Virus record (IMG/VR): IMGVR_UViG_3300029544_000210
Coordinates: 84,406 to 143,881 of that record
Origin: a virus
Lineage: Duplodnaviria; Heunggongvirae; Uroviricota; Caudoviricetes
DNA: 59,476 nucleotides
Direction: 5' to 3' (one strand)
A model generated the notes under the pieces. It made no database searches. It saw only the letters and a program-made list of their open reading frames with translations, and was not told where the DNA came from. This document shows positions 59,383-59,476 of the stretch, in pieces. The translations under genes and the position numbers were made by a program. How positions within the stretch are numbered: the stretch's first letter is position 1; each line of letters opens with the position of its first letter.

Positions 59383-59476
59383 TTATTGGATGGGGTGTAA
59401 AACAAATACATATAATTTAGAACGTATGCGATATGATTTATTCATTAAAAAATATCCTGTTTTTAAAGATATATTA

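Overview
This window is part of a large, AT-rich, SPbeta-like siphophage or prophage, probably with a gut Clostridia/Lachnospiraceae-type host (inferred from gene content and SD/sigmaA signals). From 1 to ~4.9 kb is a leftward early region of small genes with a RelE/HigB-HTH toxin-antitoxin pair. It is driven by three tandem sigmaA promoters that first read through an ~850-nt structured, ORF-free leader. A strongly G-poor spacer and an iteron-like cluster (5.0-7.2 kb) come next. The rightward region then holds ParB-like and Rep-like genes, a deaminase, a YonO-type single-subunit RNA polymerase, 8 tRNAs, two more long structured non-coding RNAs (one GOLLD-like), a metallophosphoesterase, an amidase, HU and a tyrosine recombinase. 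It ends with the SPbeta-order virion module: terminase, portal, protease/scaffold, capsid, head-tail, tail tube, holin, RecU and tape measure. The main result is that the tape-measure gene (44496-58568, about 2759 aa spliced) is split into three exons by two group I introns. Intron 1 (47436-49676) carries a zinc-ribbon endonuclease plus a small ORF. Intron 2 (50316-53867, 3552 nt) has no recognisable homing endonuclease but carries about 8 cargo genes on both strands with their own promoters. Its 3' splice site is specified by an exceptionally long 21-bp P10 duplex, suggesting a gene-cargo, possibly trans-splicing, intron. All calls come from reading the sequence by eye; no database searches were run.
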